From Leptogorgia sarmentosa (Eukaryota), in the NCBI GenBank assembly GCA_964658305.1, contig OZ210884.1, positions 8,060,001 to 8,124,000 on the forward strand: 64,000 nucleotides of DNA, written 5' to 3'. Position numbers and translations under genes: made by a program. The notes below the pieces were generated by a model. It did not search any database. It saw only the letters and a program-made list of their open reading frames with translations, and was not told the origin of the DNA. Each line of letters opens with the position of its first letter. Within the stretch, counting starts at the first letter, position 1. Shown here in pieces: positions 13,753-25,700 of this stretch.

Positions 13753-16700
13753 TCAACGTCTAGCTCTCTTTCTTCGACTTGGTCCTTTGGAGTCAGCGGT
13801 CTGCGTCTGTTTGGTTGACTGGGATTGCGACTGCGGGATTTCCTCATCACTACTTTCTATTAAGAATGGAGCACGTTTGTAAATGACCTGCTTTCTTCAA
13901 AACGGCATCTTTCTTCGTATCTAGAGGTACATGGTTAAATACCTCAACGACAAAAGCGTAAAATGAAGAAAATTCATTACCCTCATCCTGTAGAAGTTTT
14001 TCGTCCATTTCGTGTACCCAATCGAGTTTACAACCTGGGCATTCCTTTGCGTTTCTGTATTTGACATGTAATAAAGGAAACGGAGACGATTAGCTACATA
14101 ATTATGTAAGTTTTAATTAACTAACTATAATGACTAAATTAATTTAATAAACTTAATTAAAATTCATCAATTAAACCAATTAAATTGATTTATTTAATTT
14201 CCTTATTTATTTGATTTAGCCATTAATGAATATGATCTGCACAATGCATGCAAAATGTTCCATTTGCAGGATCCCTAAAGGAAATATGCATCACATACAA
14301 GAAAATTTTATCTGGAGAACAGCATGCATATATTATAAAAAATAAACTCCAAGAATTATTGTAAGTAAATTAAAAAAAAGTGGTAAACTAATTGATGGAT
14401 TGGTTGGTTGTATTAATGGACAGCCTCAGTGACACAGTTTTCATGTCTGTGGGAAATTCATGCGCATGTAAAAAGCGCATTATAAATGAATAATTTATTA
14501 ATAAATTATCATTATATGTTTGTTCTTTCATAATATGCATCAGTTGCGACAATTGAGGAGTGAATATGCCTTACCTTGCTTTAAAGAATTTTGCGGCGCA
14601 ATGATGATGTAATTTGACATCACAAGCAGCACAGCTTTGCCCCTAAAACAACATGCAAGACAATGACATTCATAAAAAGAACGCAAAACCACAGGTGTCC
14701 TAAATCCGTCTAAAAATGGTCACGTTTTCCAAAATCCATTTCCACGAGATCGTTTCGTGTGATAAGTTTAATTTAAAAACAGTTTATCATTATATGTAAA
14801 AAACGCTCTTATGACAATGAGATCTTACAAGCTATAATTATACAAAAAATAGGGTATAAGGTATAAAATAGGGTATAATTTTCTGTATCACATTGTGACG
14901 TAACTGTTGAACATGCGCAGTATAAATATGCCCTCATAAATAGATTTTCTTTTCTCTCTCTTTTCCCACCCAACAATCAGGAGTGCGGGTAATGCAGGTA
15001 GGGATGTCAAATATTCTAAAAGATATTTATCGTCAATATCGTAAAAAATATTAATCGTTTTCTGTTTTAAAAAATAATTTCTTTTTTGATTGAAAGCACT
15101 TCGAATAACGTTGGGCAAAGAATCATCGTATAGAAGAAATTTTCGAAAACTGGGATTTGTATGTGAATTATTTCCATATGATCAAAGAGAAAAGTGCGAA
15201 AACAACATTGTTAGGTTATATTATGATAAATCGCAACCTGTGTACTTTGAAAAAAAGCTTTGGGCGAGAAAGAAAATGGTGAACCCTAGCGATTGTTGCA
15301 CTTACCCTAAGAACTACACTCATACACAAGTGACAGTCAACCACATAGTCTTCGTAAACCCTTTTCAGGTATGGTTGAAGTTCTAAAACAGCGCGAGGGC
15401 CAAGCCAAAAGTTGCCTGAAGACTGAAAAATGTGGTAGGAAGTAAAATAATTTCAAACACAGGACTTATACTAGAGAGTTTGCAACAGTTTCCCACTATA
15501 GTGGGAAAATTTAGTGAGAAAATATTTATTTACACAATTTACGATTTGCAATCACATTGGAGGTGACGGAACCCCTCCTCCTCCCAAGAATTAAAAAGTA
15601 AGAATTTAAGCACGCTGTTACAAACAGCACATTTCAGGACGAAATATACATGCAATGCTTTCCCTGTCTCTATCTACAAAGGTCAAATGATATAATCGTT
15701 CAACACGGGATATGCTGCATTTTAAGTACGTTTTTCATAAACTTGTTTAGGTATAGGGTTGGGTTAGGTACCGTGGGAAAATTATTTTATTTTCCTCTGG
15801 CAGCAGACATTTAGTGAGTATTATACTGTAATAATTGAACTAAAACGTTAAACCTGAGAAAGCCATTTGTCTTTTTCCCACGAGTTAAGAAGTTTCTATT
15901 GATGAAAAACAAAGTAGCATGAACACACAAAAAAATGCTATTTGAATGAACTGTGGCAAGTTGTAATGCTATCCAGTTGTTCTGAAAACGCGGAAAAGTA
16001 CTGGCACTAGTTAGCAAATAGAAATCCATTTTTCGATACAAACTACTAAATTTCTCGTCAACTGCAATTTACTTTGTTTCCAAATTTCTGGTAGACCAAA
16101 CGTTTTCTTTACTAAATATCATTGCCAAATTTCAACAAGTCTCATGAAGGAAAATAAAAGATATAAGTGGTCGAAAATAGCAAAATGGATTTCTATTCTT
16201 TTGCACACGGTCAGATCAGCTAGATACTATGGTGTACCTCAGCGTATGAAGCACTCATCGATTTTTCAAGGTCAGCCGCGCCATGAAGAAGTTCTACAGA
16301 GGTTGCAGTCCCATCACCTGACTGGACAAACATATCTAACTGAAATAAATCATTATTCGGTCTTCGTTAGTTTGTCGTCAAAGCGCTCGCTTTTCACCTC
16401 TGAGGTCGTGGGTTTCATTCTCAATGCGAACATTCACAATAGGGCCATTTATACGAGGAAGAATAAGCCGCGGCTTAAATTGGCCACGGCTAAAATAAGT
16501 CGCGAACGTAACCGTTTAAACGCACAATTTCTTCGCGACTAAAATAAGCCGAGGCTAATTTAAGACGAGGCAGGAACCCTGGGCTAAAATTAGCCGCGGC
16601 TAAGTTTTGTCGCGAAGAAATTGTGCGTTTATACGAACGTTCGCGACTTATTTTAGCCGCGGCCTATTTAAGCCGCGGCTTATTCTTCCTCGTATAAATG

Positions 16701-19700
16701 GCCCTAATGTTACTCGGATCCAGTCCTCTACTCATGTGGGAAGAGTTAGCGAGAATCCGCGATTTACATATATCAGAAGCATCTTACCACTTTTCTGAAA
16801 TATTCCACGTCATGTGCTGTGTAAGTGGTTGCAAGCTTTGAAATTTGATCATCACTATTGTTTACCTACAAAAGAAATAACTTCCTTTATTATCTTTTAC
16901 GATAAAAAGTAAGAATGGATAATTTGCATTATAGATCAAATTTTGATGAACGAAGGAACGAACTAATTGATAGTCTGCAGCAAGCTGTGTTTCTTCGGGT
17001 AATCTACAATTCTCGACAATGCCTTCAGGCACAGTGTGAATCTTCATACAACCATAGCCCAAATACTCGCCTCACAGGCGTCTTATCTTAAAATTGTAAT
17101 TGGTATCGACATCGTTCTACATTTATTTTATATACAACTTAGAAAGGTGCCTTGTATTCGGGGATTTTTCTACATCCCGTTCCCAGATTAAAGGAAGGAT
17201 TATATGTATACCACATGGGACTACGACTATATACAAAACTACCAAACTTCGCAAGGTTTATCGAAATAAACCTTAGCTTTGTGCTGTTTTAACGTAATTC
17301 CGAAGTTGGGATTTTCTACAATTGACTCAAAATAATCATACCAAACCGTAGTATAGTCTCCCATCATCTTCAGACACTCCTTTTCGAATTTCCAGGAATA
17401 GTGGTCGGAGAGCATCATTAATGGTTTTTACACAATTCTGGAAATTGTCAGGATTTTCTAAGAGAAATTTGGGAAAATTCAGAAAATGACGAAGTTAGGA
17501 AAGCTTCGCAATTCAATTGTGATAGCATGCATTCATCCCGAACTACGAACGATCCATGACTCCCTCCTGCAGTGTCTCACCATAGGTAGCCCAGATCATA
17601 ATACTATAGCAATACATACATGATCTGACCGCGCGTAAACAATGCAGTCGGGGACTGAGTAGTAGTATGATTTTATTGAACAGAAATGAATTAATACCAC
17701 TAATTGTCGGGCTACTATGCTCTCACAGGATAATGAAGTTGGTAGGGAAGGGACACATGTAGACAAATAACTCTTGCTTGCATTTTGGAAATAGTAATAT
17801 CTCGTTTCACAATAAACAATTCGACAACTGACTGCAGCCAGCTGGTAATATTCCGTGTTTCAGTCGAGGAAAGTTTGATTAATATTTCATAAGCCGTTCT
17901 TTGCATATTTTAGACACATTCACAAAATATGCTCCCAAATTTAACGTTCATATGTCTTTCAATATTTACGTAAATACAACTGATTACAGTATTAAAATCT
18001 AGTCTATTAAAATCTAATCTTTTTATGTAATGAAAGTCATTTCTCTGTGTAGAAAGAAACATATTCCGAAAAATAAAGTCATCCTGTAATTCAAAATATG
18101 AACAAAACAAGACAAACAGCTGAAACTGTAAATTTTCGACTTAATTTCAAAGTCATCGTCAGACAGAGTTTAATCTATATCTTGGATTTTACAAGAAAAT
18201 GTCTTTGTCGTCTTGTTCTGGCTTTTGTTGAGATTAAAAGTTGAGAACAAAGAGACTTCTCAAGTATAGAATTTTTCTCTCCCTCCAAAGTTATGCAAAG
18301 TGTTTTTGTCGAAGTGCCAAGAACCTTTTGACTGAAATCAATCCAATTACTGAACAAAAGTTACGTCGGTTCATTCATCAACCTTTGGAGCATTTTCGAC
18401 TTTTTTAAGTGAAAAATTCGCTTCACGTTTGCTGGGACTAGAAAATCTACTTCGCGACAATCGCTGTTTGAAGTTAGCCCAATGCCTTTTCATAGAGAAA
18501 AAATACACCAGTGGATCCAAACAAGAGTTCAGAAAAGTGAATGCAGTCACCCACCGCCATGTTTTGCGTCTTTCGCCTTTTGACAGATCTTTGTCAGCAG
18601 TTGAAACTACTCTATACACTGCATAGGGCACGAACGTGGCGTAGAACAAACAGACGATAATAAATGTCACTCGAATTGTTTTCGACAACTTAAAATCTTT
18701 CTTTTTAGTGAATGATTGATGTTTTCGGGAAATGTTCCTTGTTTGAATTCTGGCCTTTTGCAGCAAGACGATGTAGATGGCAGAAAGAATAACCAGTTGC
18801 AAAAAGGACAAGGCACAAAGGAACAATTCGTATTGGGAATGAATATGGAAATCGAGACTTAACATATGTCCAACTCCAAGCAAAATGGCTGACAGCCATG
18901 CAGTAATAATGGAAGCCCAAAATAGTTTAAATGTAATGATCGTTTTGTATCTTAAGGGCCACACTACTGCAACGAATCTATCCAATCCGATAAGTAAAAT
19001 AGCATTCCCAGTTGAAAATATACACACGACAAAGAGAGATGTATATATTTTGCTGTGCTTTGTGACTGCTTGTTCGATGAGTAGATAGGATCTCCATGGG
19101 ACGTAGGTAGACAGAGAAATACAATCTGCTATTGCCAAATTCAGTATTAGTTTGTCAGCTGTGCTTTTCGCAGACTTTCTTGTTAGAAGAAAATATATTA
19201 AAACAACGACATTTGCAATGAAACCAATAACACTTTGACTTGCTGTAAACACTGCCAGAAATATTGCGACCTTTCCATTCAGTAATTTGCCCGGCGCCAT
19301 TCGAAAACGTTTAACTTTCGTATTTCAACAATACAACTGTACTTGACTGTTTGTCCTAAGCTATAGCAACGTGGGTCATTGCTTAATATTTAAACAGGAC
19401 GCATTTTGCACTTAGACCTACAGGTATAGACAATTTTATCCCTATGAATTTTTAACCAACATGTTCCTGAGTGCACTCAGATATAATGAAGAATAACAAC
19501 ATAAACGCACAAGCAGCTGTTAATATGAGACATCAATATTAGCTGCCTATGTATAAAGCCCTTATTAAGACCTAGGTCAAACGTCGAACTTTTCATGCGC
19601 CGAACCTAATGCAAATGAGCTCAAACAAAGAACTTGGCTCATTAACATTAGGTTCGGCACATGAAAAGTTCGACGTTTGACCTAGGCCTAACTCATCAGT

Positions 19701-21737
19701 TGCATGTGCGTTCAATTTTTTAAATTTCAATATGTATAATATGTATAAGGGGGTTAGGCCCGTTTCATACGTCGAATTTTGGTCGCATCGAATGCAATTC
19801 AAACAATGGATAATGAAGTTGGTCATCTCATTATCCATTGTTTGAATTGCATTCGATGCGACCAAAATTCGACGTATGAAACGGGCCTTACAGCGATATA
19901 CCGCTTTTGTTTACAGATCCATGCTCTGTCCTTTTGTGCAACTCGTTTAATAAACAGTTTTTACCACAAGGACTAGCATTGATGTAATGTTGTTGTATTG
20001 ATGTAAACTGCTCTAAATCCTGTATCCTAGTAGTAGTATGCTCGGCTAGCCTCCCCCCCCCCATTATGAGATATTAGGGGGTGGCCCTATTTGCGAGACT
20101 CCCAACCTTTCAAAAAAGCAGGTATAGCACTCAACGTGCAGGTACCTAAGGCCTGTTTTCGACGTCGAATTTTCGTCGCATTGAATGCAATTCAAACAAT
20201 AGTTAATGAGCTGAGTTATCTCATTGTCTATTGTTTGAATTGCATTCGATGCGACGGAAATTCGACGTCTAAAACGGGCCTAACATAACTAGGAGCCATT
20301 ACAACAGTACTGTCAGTACAACGTTTTCTAATGCACTTTGATATACACCCAACCATCGTCTATTACAAATGCTATATTCTGATTGGCTACTCAGCCGTTG
20401 TCTACTTAACAATTAGTCGCCAAAGGCGAGGTGACTATGAGCTTGTAATCACCGAAGCCTGAGGTGACTAATTGTTTTAGTATAAATTCCCAGGTCAAAC
20501 TGATTTGATTCAAACTGTCTTTTAAGTAGAAATTCAAGTTTTGTTTATAGTTTGTTAAATACATAAAATAATTCACGCTCATATCACCACTTTGCTAGTG
20601 AAAAAAGCCAGTTTTGTTGCATAAAAATAACAATAAATAAAATATTTTACTTGAAAGATTTTAAAATCATATTTTGTCGCTTTTTTTACTTTCTTGGGGA
20701 TGCTTTCTTGTTTAATTTTGTCAATTTCCTCCTGCGAAACTTCAGCAAACTGAGCGGCCATTTTGAATTTTAATTATGTTATAGTCACTGCCCGGTGACT
20801 ATAACACCAGAGAGAGAAAATTTTAACCAATCAGATTGCAGGAAATGTTATAGTCACCATGATCCTAAATACACATTAATTATGCTAATGCATCAACAAG
20901 CAGGGGAATCAGATCAATTTCCAAACTTCAAACATCAATCTGTTTGTATTGTTTAAGTAGTTAGTAGAATCTTTGCTGCTTGCCGATGTTATTATCTGCT
21001 TCCCACACTGGCAGCAAATTAAAGTCAATTATTATGCTTGCTCCCTATGCTTTGTAGCTTAGCTTGATTCCTGTCCATTGCGCCTAATTTTTGTCAACCG
21101 TTTCTGATCGGAATTCGGACATGTGTATAATTCCTATTCTTCCAGTAATTCTAACCCTTTAGAAAATTATGCTCACTACTGCCAGCTATCCTTTGTAGCT
21201 TAGTGGTCAAAGCAGTGCACTGGCAACTACCTATAGCGACTAAAGAAAGAAATCCAGTAATAATTAATTTATCATTACCAGCAAGAGATTGACTAGCTTG
21301 ATCTCCAAATCATCATTCGCTCTTGTTTGACTGTTTTGCTACTTTCATTGTTTTCGTAGTTTTATAATATATATGTATATTTATAATTATCTGTTATTTG
21401 AGAAGGGAGGTGCCTTGCATGGGACTTTTATATAGCCTCGTTCGCACCTTCCCTTTTGGGTCAGTTGATATTGAACTAATTATTATTTTAAAGTAATTTA
21501 TGGCACCAATAAAGTTGTTAAATAAAAAAATAATATCTACCACGATTTTAAAGTAATTTATGGCACCAATAAAGTTGTTAAATAAAAAATAATATCTACC
21601 ACGTGGCACGTGTATTAATGAGTCGTACCTTGAGACACTTCCACACACTTTGAGTACGCATCTTCGGCATCTTTGTCCGACATATATGGATTTGCCATAA
21701 AGCACTGAAGAAACAAACGTCGTGATGATTTGTCCAT
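13753..21737 (-). CDS. NSMCE1: Non-structural maintenance of chromosomes element 1 (NSE1), SMC5/6 RING subunit; 9 coding exons, about 269 aa
   Basis: Exons 21737-21629, 17457-17342, 16865-16788, 16339-16238, 15895-15854, 15422-15306, 14642-14575, 14054-13981, 13856-13753. All are GT-AG with compatible phases and total 810 nt. The protein MDKSSRRLFLQCFM...INDALRPLFLEIRKGVSEDDGRLYYGLVNN...ISKLATTY...KDKWL...LGPRAVLELQPYLKRVYEDYVVDCHLC...GQSCAACDVKLHHHCAAKFF...CPGCKLDWVHE is colinear with NSE1 as I recall it, including the C4HC3 RING variant. Confidence 0.93.
16441..16705. mobile_element. Palindromic MITE in an NSMCE1 intron, apparently inserted into a tRNA-derived SINE-like remnant
   Basis: Long inverted arms starting AGGGCCATTTATACGAGGAAGAATAAGCCGCGGCTTAAAT, internal AGCCGCGGCT subrepeats, AAT on both flanks. 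The left flank AAAGCGCTCGCTTTTCACCTCTGAGGTCGTGGGTTTCATTCTC resembles a tRNA-like SINE head. Confidence 0.75.
18371..19300 (-). CDS. Single-exon rhodopsin-like (class A) GPCR, 309 aa, nested in the first coding intron of NSMCE1
   Basis: Intact ORF with 7 hydrophobic segments and class A motifs: TM1 IANVVV, TM2 NLAIAD, TM3 LDRFVAVVWPLRY, TM4 W, TM6 FYATFVPY, TM7 NSCLDPLVY. Confidence 0.9.
   Translation of the reverse strand: MAPGKLLNGKVAIFLAVFTASQSVIGFIANVVVLIYFLLTRKSAKSTADKLILNLAIADCISLSTYVPWRSYLLIEQAVTKHSKIYTSLFVVCIFSTGNAILLIGLDRFVAVVWPLRYKTIITFKLFWASIITAWLSAILLGVGHMLSLDFHIHSQYELFLCALSFLQLVILSAIYIVLLQKARIQTRNISRKHQSFTKKKDFKLSKTIRVTFIIVCLFYATFVPYAVYRVVSTADKDLSKGERRKTWRWVTAFTFLNSCLDPLVYFFSMKRHWANFKQRLSRSRFSSPSKREANFSLKKVENAPKVDE
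19569..19688. mobile_element. PIF/Harbinger-type palindromic MITE
   Basis: Arms CCTAGGTCAAACGTCGAACTTTTCATGCGCCGAACCTAATG and its reverse complement; TAA target duplication at 19566-19568 and 19689-19691. Confidence 0.8.
19757..19887. mobile_element. PIF/Harbinger-type palindromic MITE (perfect arms, young)
   Basis: GGCCCGTTTCATACGTCGAATTTTGGTCGCATCGAATGCAATTCAAACAATGGATAATGA and its exact reverse complement; TTA on both sides. Confidence 0.85.
20150..20280. mobile_element. PIF/Harbinger-type palindromic MITE, older copy of the 19757-19887 family
   Basis: Same 131 bp length and similar sequence, imperfect arms, TAA on both sides. Confidence 0.8.
20405..20860 (-). mobile_element. Non-autonomous Crypton-like (tyrosine recombinase) element remnant with a retained first coding exon
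   Basis: A terminal imperfect hairpin AATTAGTCGCCAAAGGCGAGGTGACT...GCCTGAGGTGACTAATTGTTTTAGTATA is shared with 46410-46510. The minus-strand mini-ORF MAAQFAEVSQEEIDKIKQESIPKKVKKATKYDFKIFQ is followed by a GTAAAA donor-like site and resembles the N-terminus of DUF3504/Crypton-type recombinases (from memory, not searched). An upstream CCAATCAG motif is present. Confidence 0.5.
21486..21603. repeat. Tandem duplication of about 59 bp in the NSMCE1 intron near the donor site
   Basis: Two near-identical copies of TTTTAAAGTAATTTATGGCACCAATAAAGTTGTTAAATAAAAAATAATATCTACCACG. Confidence 0.85.
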
Positions 21738-22782
21738 TTTAATCTACGATGAATTAATGGTTTAAAATTTGCATATGTCAACCAAACCGAAACCATAAAA
21801 CGTCAACACGCGGTGAGGACTGCCTGTTTGCGGGCTAATAATATACATAAAAGTATTATTCGACTGTGATTGGTTCAATTCAGTTCATCACAGTGCAATT
21901 TCCTGTAATAACTTTGAACCAATCAAATTAGAGCTCAGCGACAGATTGCTTCAAAAGAAAACAAACATGCCGGCCGCGCTAATAAATTGCTATTAGCTAT
22001 ATACCTATACTAATAATTGAACAAAACTTACAACTCAATGAGTTCAAATAAAACGGCGGATGAGCAAAATTTTAACAACACTCCTGTTCATTTTGTAAAA
22101 TTTATCTACTAAATACGTAGTTCTATTCATACTTGTTCAATATGTTTGGAAAGAAAAGTTTGCTTGTAGTCATATGAATCTCATGATCATGATTCATGAC
22201 TGTGCAATAGTTCATAATTTTGCCACACGAAGCGGATTTTTTCGTGGCGAAATAGTTCGCGCGATTGCTCTTTCTTTCCATAGCTAAGAGCGGAAAATAC
22301 AAAACAAAATGGCGGCAATGAACCGAAATCAGAAAAAAGCTTGCTAAGATTGCTGCCGGCTCAGACGAGCTTAAAAATCGACGTACAAAGTATAAAAAAG
22401 ATTGTGGATACGCCTAATAGATCACTGAATAGCAATTTTGAAATCTAAGCAAAAAGTGAATGTGATTGGGTGGTGATGTCGTCAGTGTTTGTCATCGGCC
22501 AATCAAGTTGCTTCATTCTCTGTTGGCGCAAACAAATTCGCCTAGTGGAAAACCGGCCTTAGATTTCAGTTCCACTAGGCACTATATCACTACTGCTAAC
22601 TTTCACTGGCCTATTGCGCATGTGCTTGCCCGTGTTTGGTTAACCTATTCAGTATTGCGCATGTGAGTCCAGATTGACCAATTAACGCATCCGCATGGTA
22701 CCATTACCGTAGTTGCGCGTAGTTTCGTGAGTATCACGCGTGGTACACACGAAATGTTTCATGTTGTCCCGCGTGAGAAAAC
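21738..22782. promoter_or_regulatory. Probable bidirectional promoter between NSMCE1 and PPP1R8
   Basis: Divergent ATGs about 1045 bp apart. Two TATTGCGCATGTG (NRF1-like) motifs near 22612 and 22653, AAAATGGCGG (YY1-like) near 22306, and several CCAAT/ATTGG boxes. Confidence 0.5.
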
Positions 22783-25700
22783 ATGGCCGACAAAAAGGCA
22801 CAGGCTCGAACAAGTGTGGCGGCGTTTACTCCACCAAAATGGTAGTTTGTTGCTCGTGTTTTTGCGTTTCTTATTTGAAATTTCATATTCACTCCTCGTA
22901 TTCATTGCAGGGCAGGAAAACCGTCAGTGGGACTGCATTTAGACGTAACAAAGAATGGTAGTGTGGTAGAGGTATTAATAAAATATTTCAATATTGTTAA
23001 ATGTGACCGATGTTTTGTACGTTCCTTCAAGAGAACATCAACCTTTCGTGCTCTACTATTACTCCTTAGAAACAGCTGACAATATAGAGTGCTTTTTTGG
23101 CATTGCAACCCCTTTACAAACTATATATTTTAATATGTGACCAGTGTAGGTAGTAGACAACAACATCAACAAGCAGCACTCACTGCCTAAATAATACAAT
23201 AAGAGATTCCACATCTCCAACAAAGGCCCTCCAGTAAAGGCATGCCATTTTCAAGACTAAATTCCCAACGAAGGGCCTTTGTTCGAAATGTTAAATGACC
23301 TTACTGTATTGTTTATGTTGTGAATAAAACTTTTGCTGCTAGACAGAGGGTCTAAACCACTGGCTGCAGGTTAATGTGGGTTGCTGCAGGTTAGGTTGAG
23401 GTTAGAGTACGAAAATCTGCCTTTCCATATCATTGATCAACTCTTACCCAATACCCATAACCCTAACCTGCTATCCCTAGTTTTATTAAAAACAACAGAA
23501 CACACAAACAGAACATCAGAATAAGGGTATAGTTTCTAGCCTGTATGTCAATGATGTTTACCATATAGTGAAAAGTATACTGTAAGCTTTTTCCATTTTT
23601 CAGAAATTGATGATTGATCAGAAACCTTATTATCTTTTTGGACGAAATAAAGATGCTTGTGATTTCCCACTCGACCACACATCTTGTTCAAGAGTTCATT
23701 CTGCTTTAGTGTTTCATAAACATTTAAAAAGACCTTTTCTCATTGATTTGAAAAGCAGTGAGTAATTTCATCAAATATCATGTTTATAATGCGTGCCCTG
23801 ATTGGTCAAAAACCCAATTTTAATTAACACCTAGATTATGAAAAACATTTTGCATTCACTCACAGGGAATAATGTTTTGAAACCTAAACTCAACATCAAA
23901 GCTTGATTGGAAAGAAGTTTTCGTTCATCCAAATAGAGTTGTAGAGTACTTATACGTTCAGTTTGACACCTTATGTCTGATGCCTTAATGGAATCTCAGC
24001 TCTCAAGGCTGCCCACAGCATCTATGATATCATCCTGCACAGTAAAACTACTTCAATGAAAGCTCATTATCAATAAAAGCAAAGGTTCTTCATTATTCCT
24101 GTATTTTTCCAAGAAGAATATTTGCTCGAAGTATCGGATACCGTAGTTTTGTTTTATTTTTCGGATAGTAAACTCAATTTTGAAGCCGTTCTTTTCGGGT
24201 ATAATTTGAATGTTTGCATTATTGATATTGTTATTTGAGATTAATGTTGTTATTTGAGATTTCCTAACTTGCCCTTCCAGCTCATGGTACCTTTATTGGC
24301 AACATCCGTCTTGAAAATGATAAACCTACGCAACTTCCGGTTGAAAGTGTCATTCACTTCGGAGCGTCATCACGGACATATACATTACGAGAAAAACCAA
24401 CATTACCCAGCTCAATGCAGGTGACATTGCAGGGTAATGCAGAACAAGGGGGGAATAAAGAGGACAATGATGAGACTGAAGGGTCAGCAGGAGGATTTTT
24501 AGGGCTGCCTGAATCAGATACAGACCTAAAGGTATGGCTTGTTTCACACATTATATTGGCTTGTTTCGAATAATATTTAATGGTATGTATCGGATTTTTT
24601 AACACAACCAAAAAATACCTTCCTGTCATTCAACAAACACTAGCGTATACGTGCTTTCTAAAACAACTTCGAACCGCAATCCCTTCTAACTAGCTACCTG
24701 TACCCGTCATCATTTCCGTAGTCATCGATTCACACTGGGTGCAATGTATATTTATTGTGCTGTAGATCTAATTCTGACCTTGGTGTTAACGTTTAATTAC
24801 TTCTCAAGGATCTGACGGATTTTAACACGGCACATAACAAAAGGCTATCGTCAATCGCAATTGAAGAATCTACAACCACGTTACCCAAGTTAAAACGACG
24901 TCGGGTTTCTCACGGCATCTCATTCAAAGATGGCTATGATATCATCAATCCAGGTATTTATAGGAGTTCATCGTTTATTCTTCTTTTAAGTACCATCTTT
25001 TTACTATATGTATAAAAACCATGACCAGCCGACAATTTAAAAAAATAAAGTAAAAAACAAATTCCGACAATACAGGACATCTTGAGAATTCAATATATAA
25101 TTCAAAACAAGACGCAGTTTGAGACTCTAAATTTTCGACTTTACTTCAAAGTCATCTTCAGACAGAATGAATGTGTAAAGTATTGTATTTCATTCTGTCT
25201 GAAGATGACTTTGAAATAAAGTCGAAAATTTACAGTCTCAAACTGCGTCTTGTTTTGAATTATATATTGAATTCTCAAGATGTCCTGTATTTTCGGAATT
25301 TGTTTTTTACTTTTATTATTACTATAGCTATTACTTGTATATTCTTGTCTATAAGTTTGAGGTAGAATATATGCGTTGCTGTACACATATCCCTAACCCT
25401 TTGTCCAGTTGTTACTGCAGATTCTTTGATTAACATCAATTGAAATTTTAAAAGGTGGCCGAGTATTCCTTTGGAAACACTTTCGGTTGCAATAGACGGA
25501 TTTAGTCAAGGGGCCACATCCACTTGGGTTTTTAACAAAAAATGGCAAAACTAGTATAAGCTATAAGTATTTACTTGTGTTTGTATTCTTACAATTTTTT
25601 GCTTTTGCAGAGGACGTAGATCCTTCAGTTGGCAAATTTCGTAACATGGTTCAAACAACTATTGTACAAATTCAGGTAAGATGAAGCATTGGGGCTGATT

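Noticed and set aside
13587..13850. 87-aa Arg-rich minus ORF
   Set aside because: Alternative frame over the true last exon of NSMCE1.
19593..20288. Similar short ORFs on both strands (MVASNAIQTMDNE...)
   Set aside because: Artefact of palindromic MITEs.
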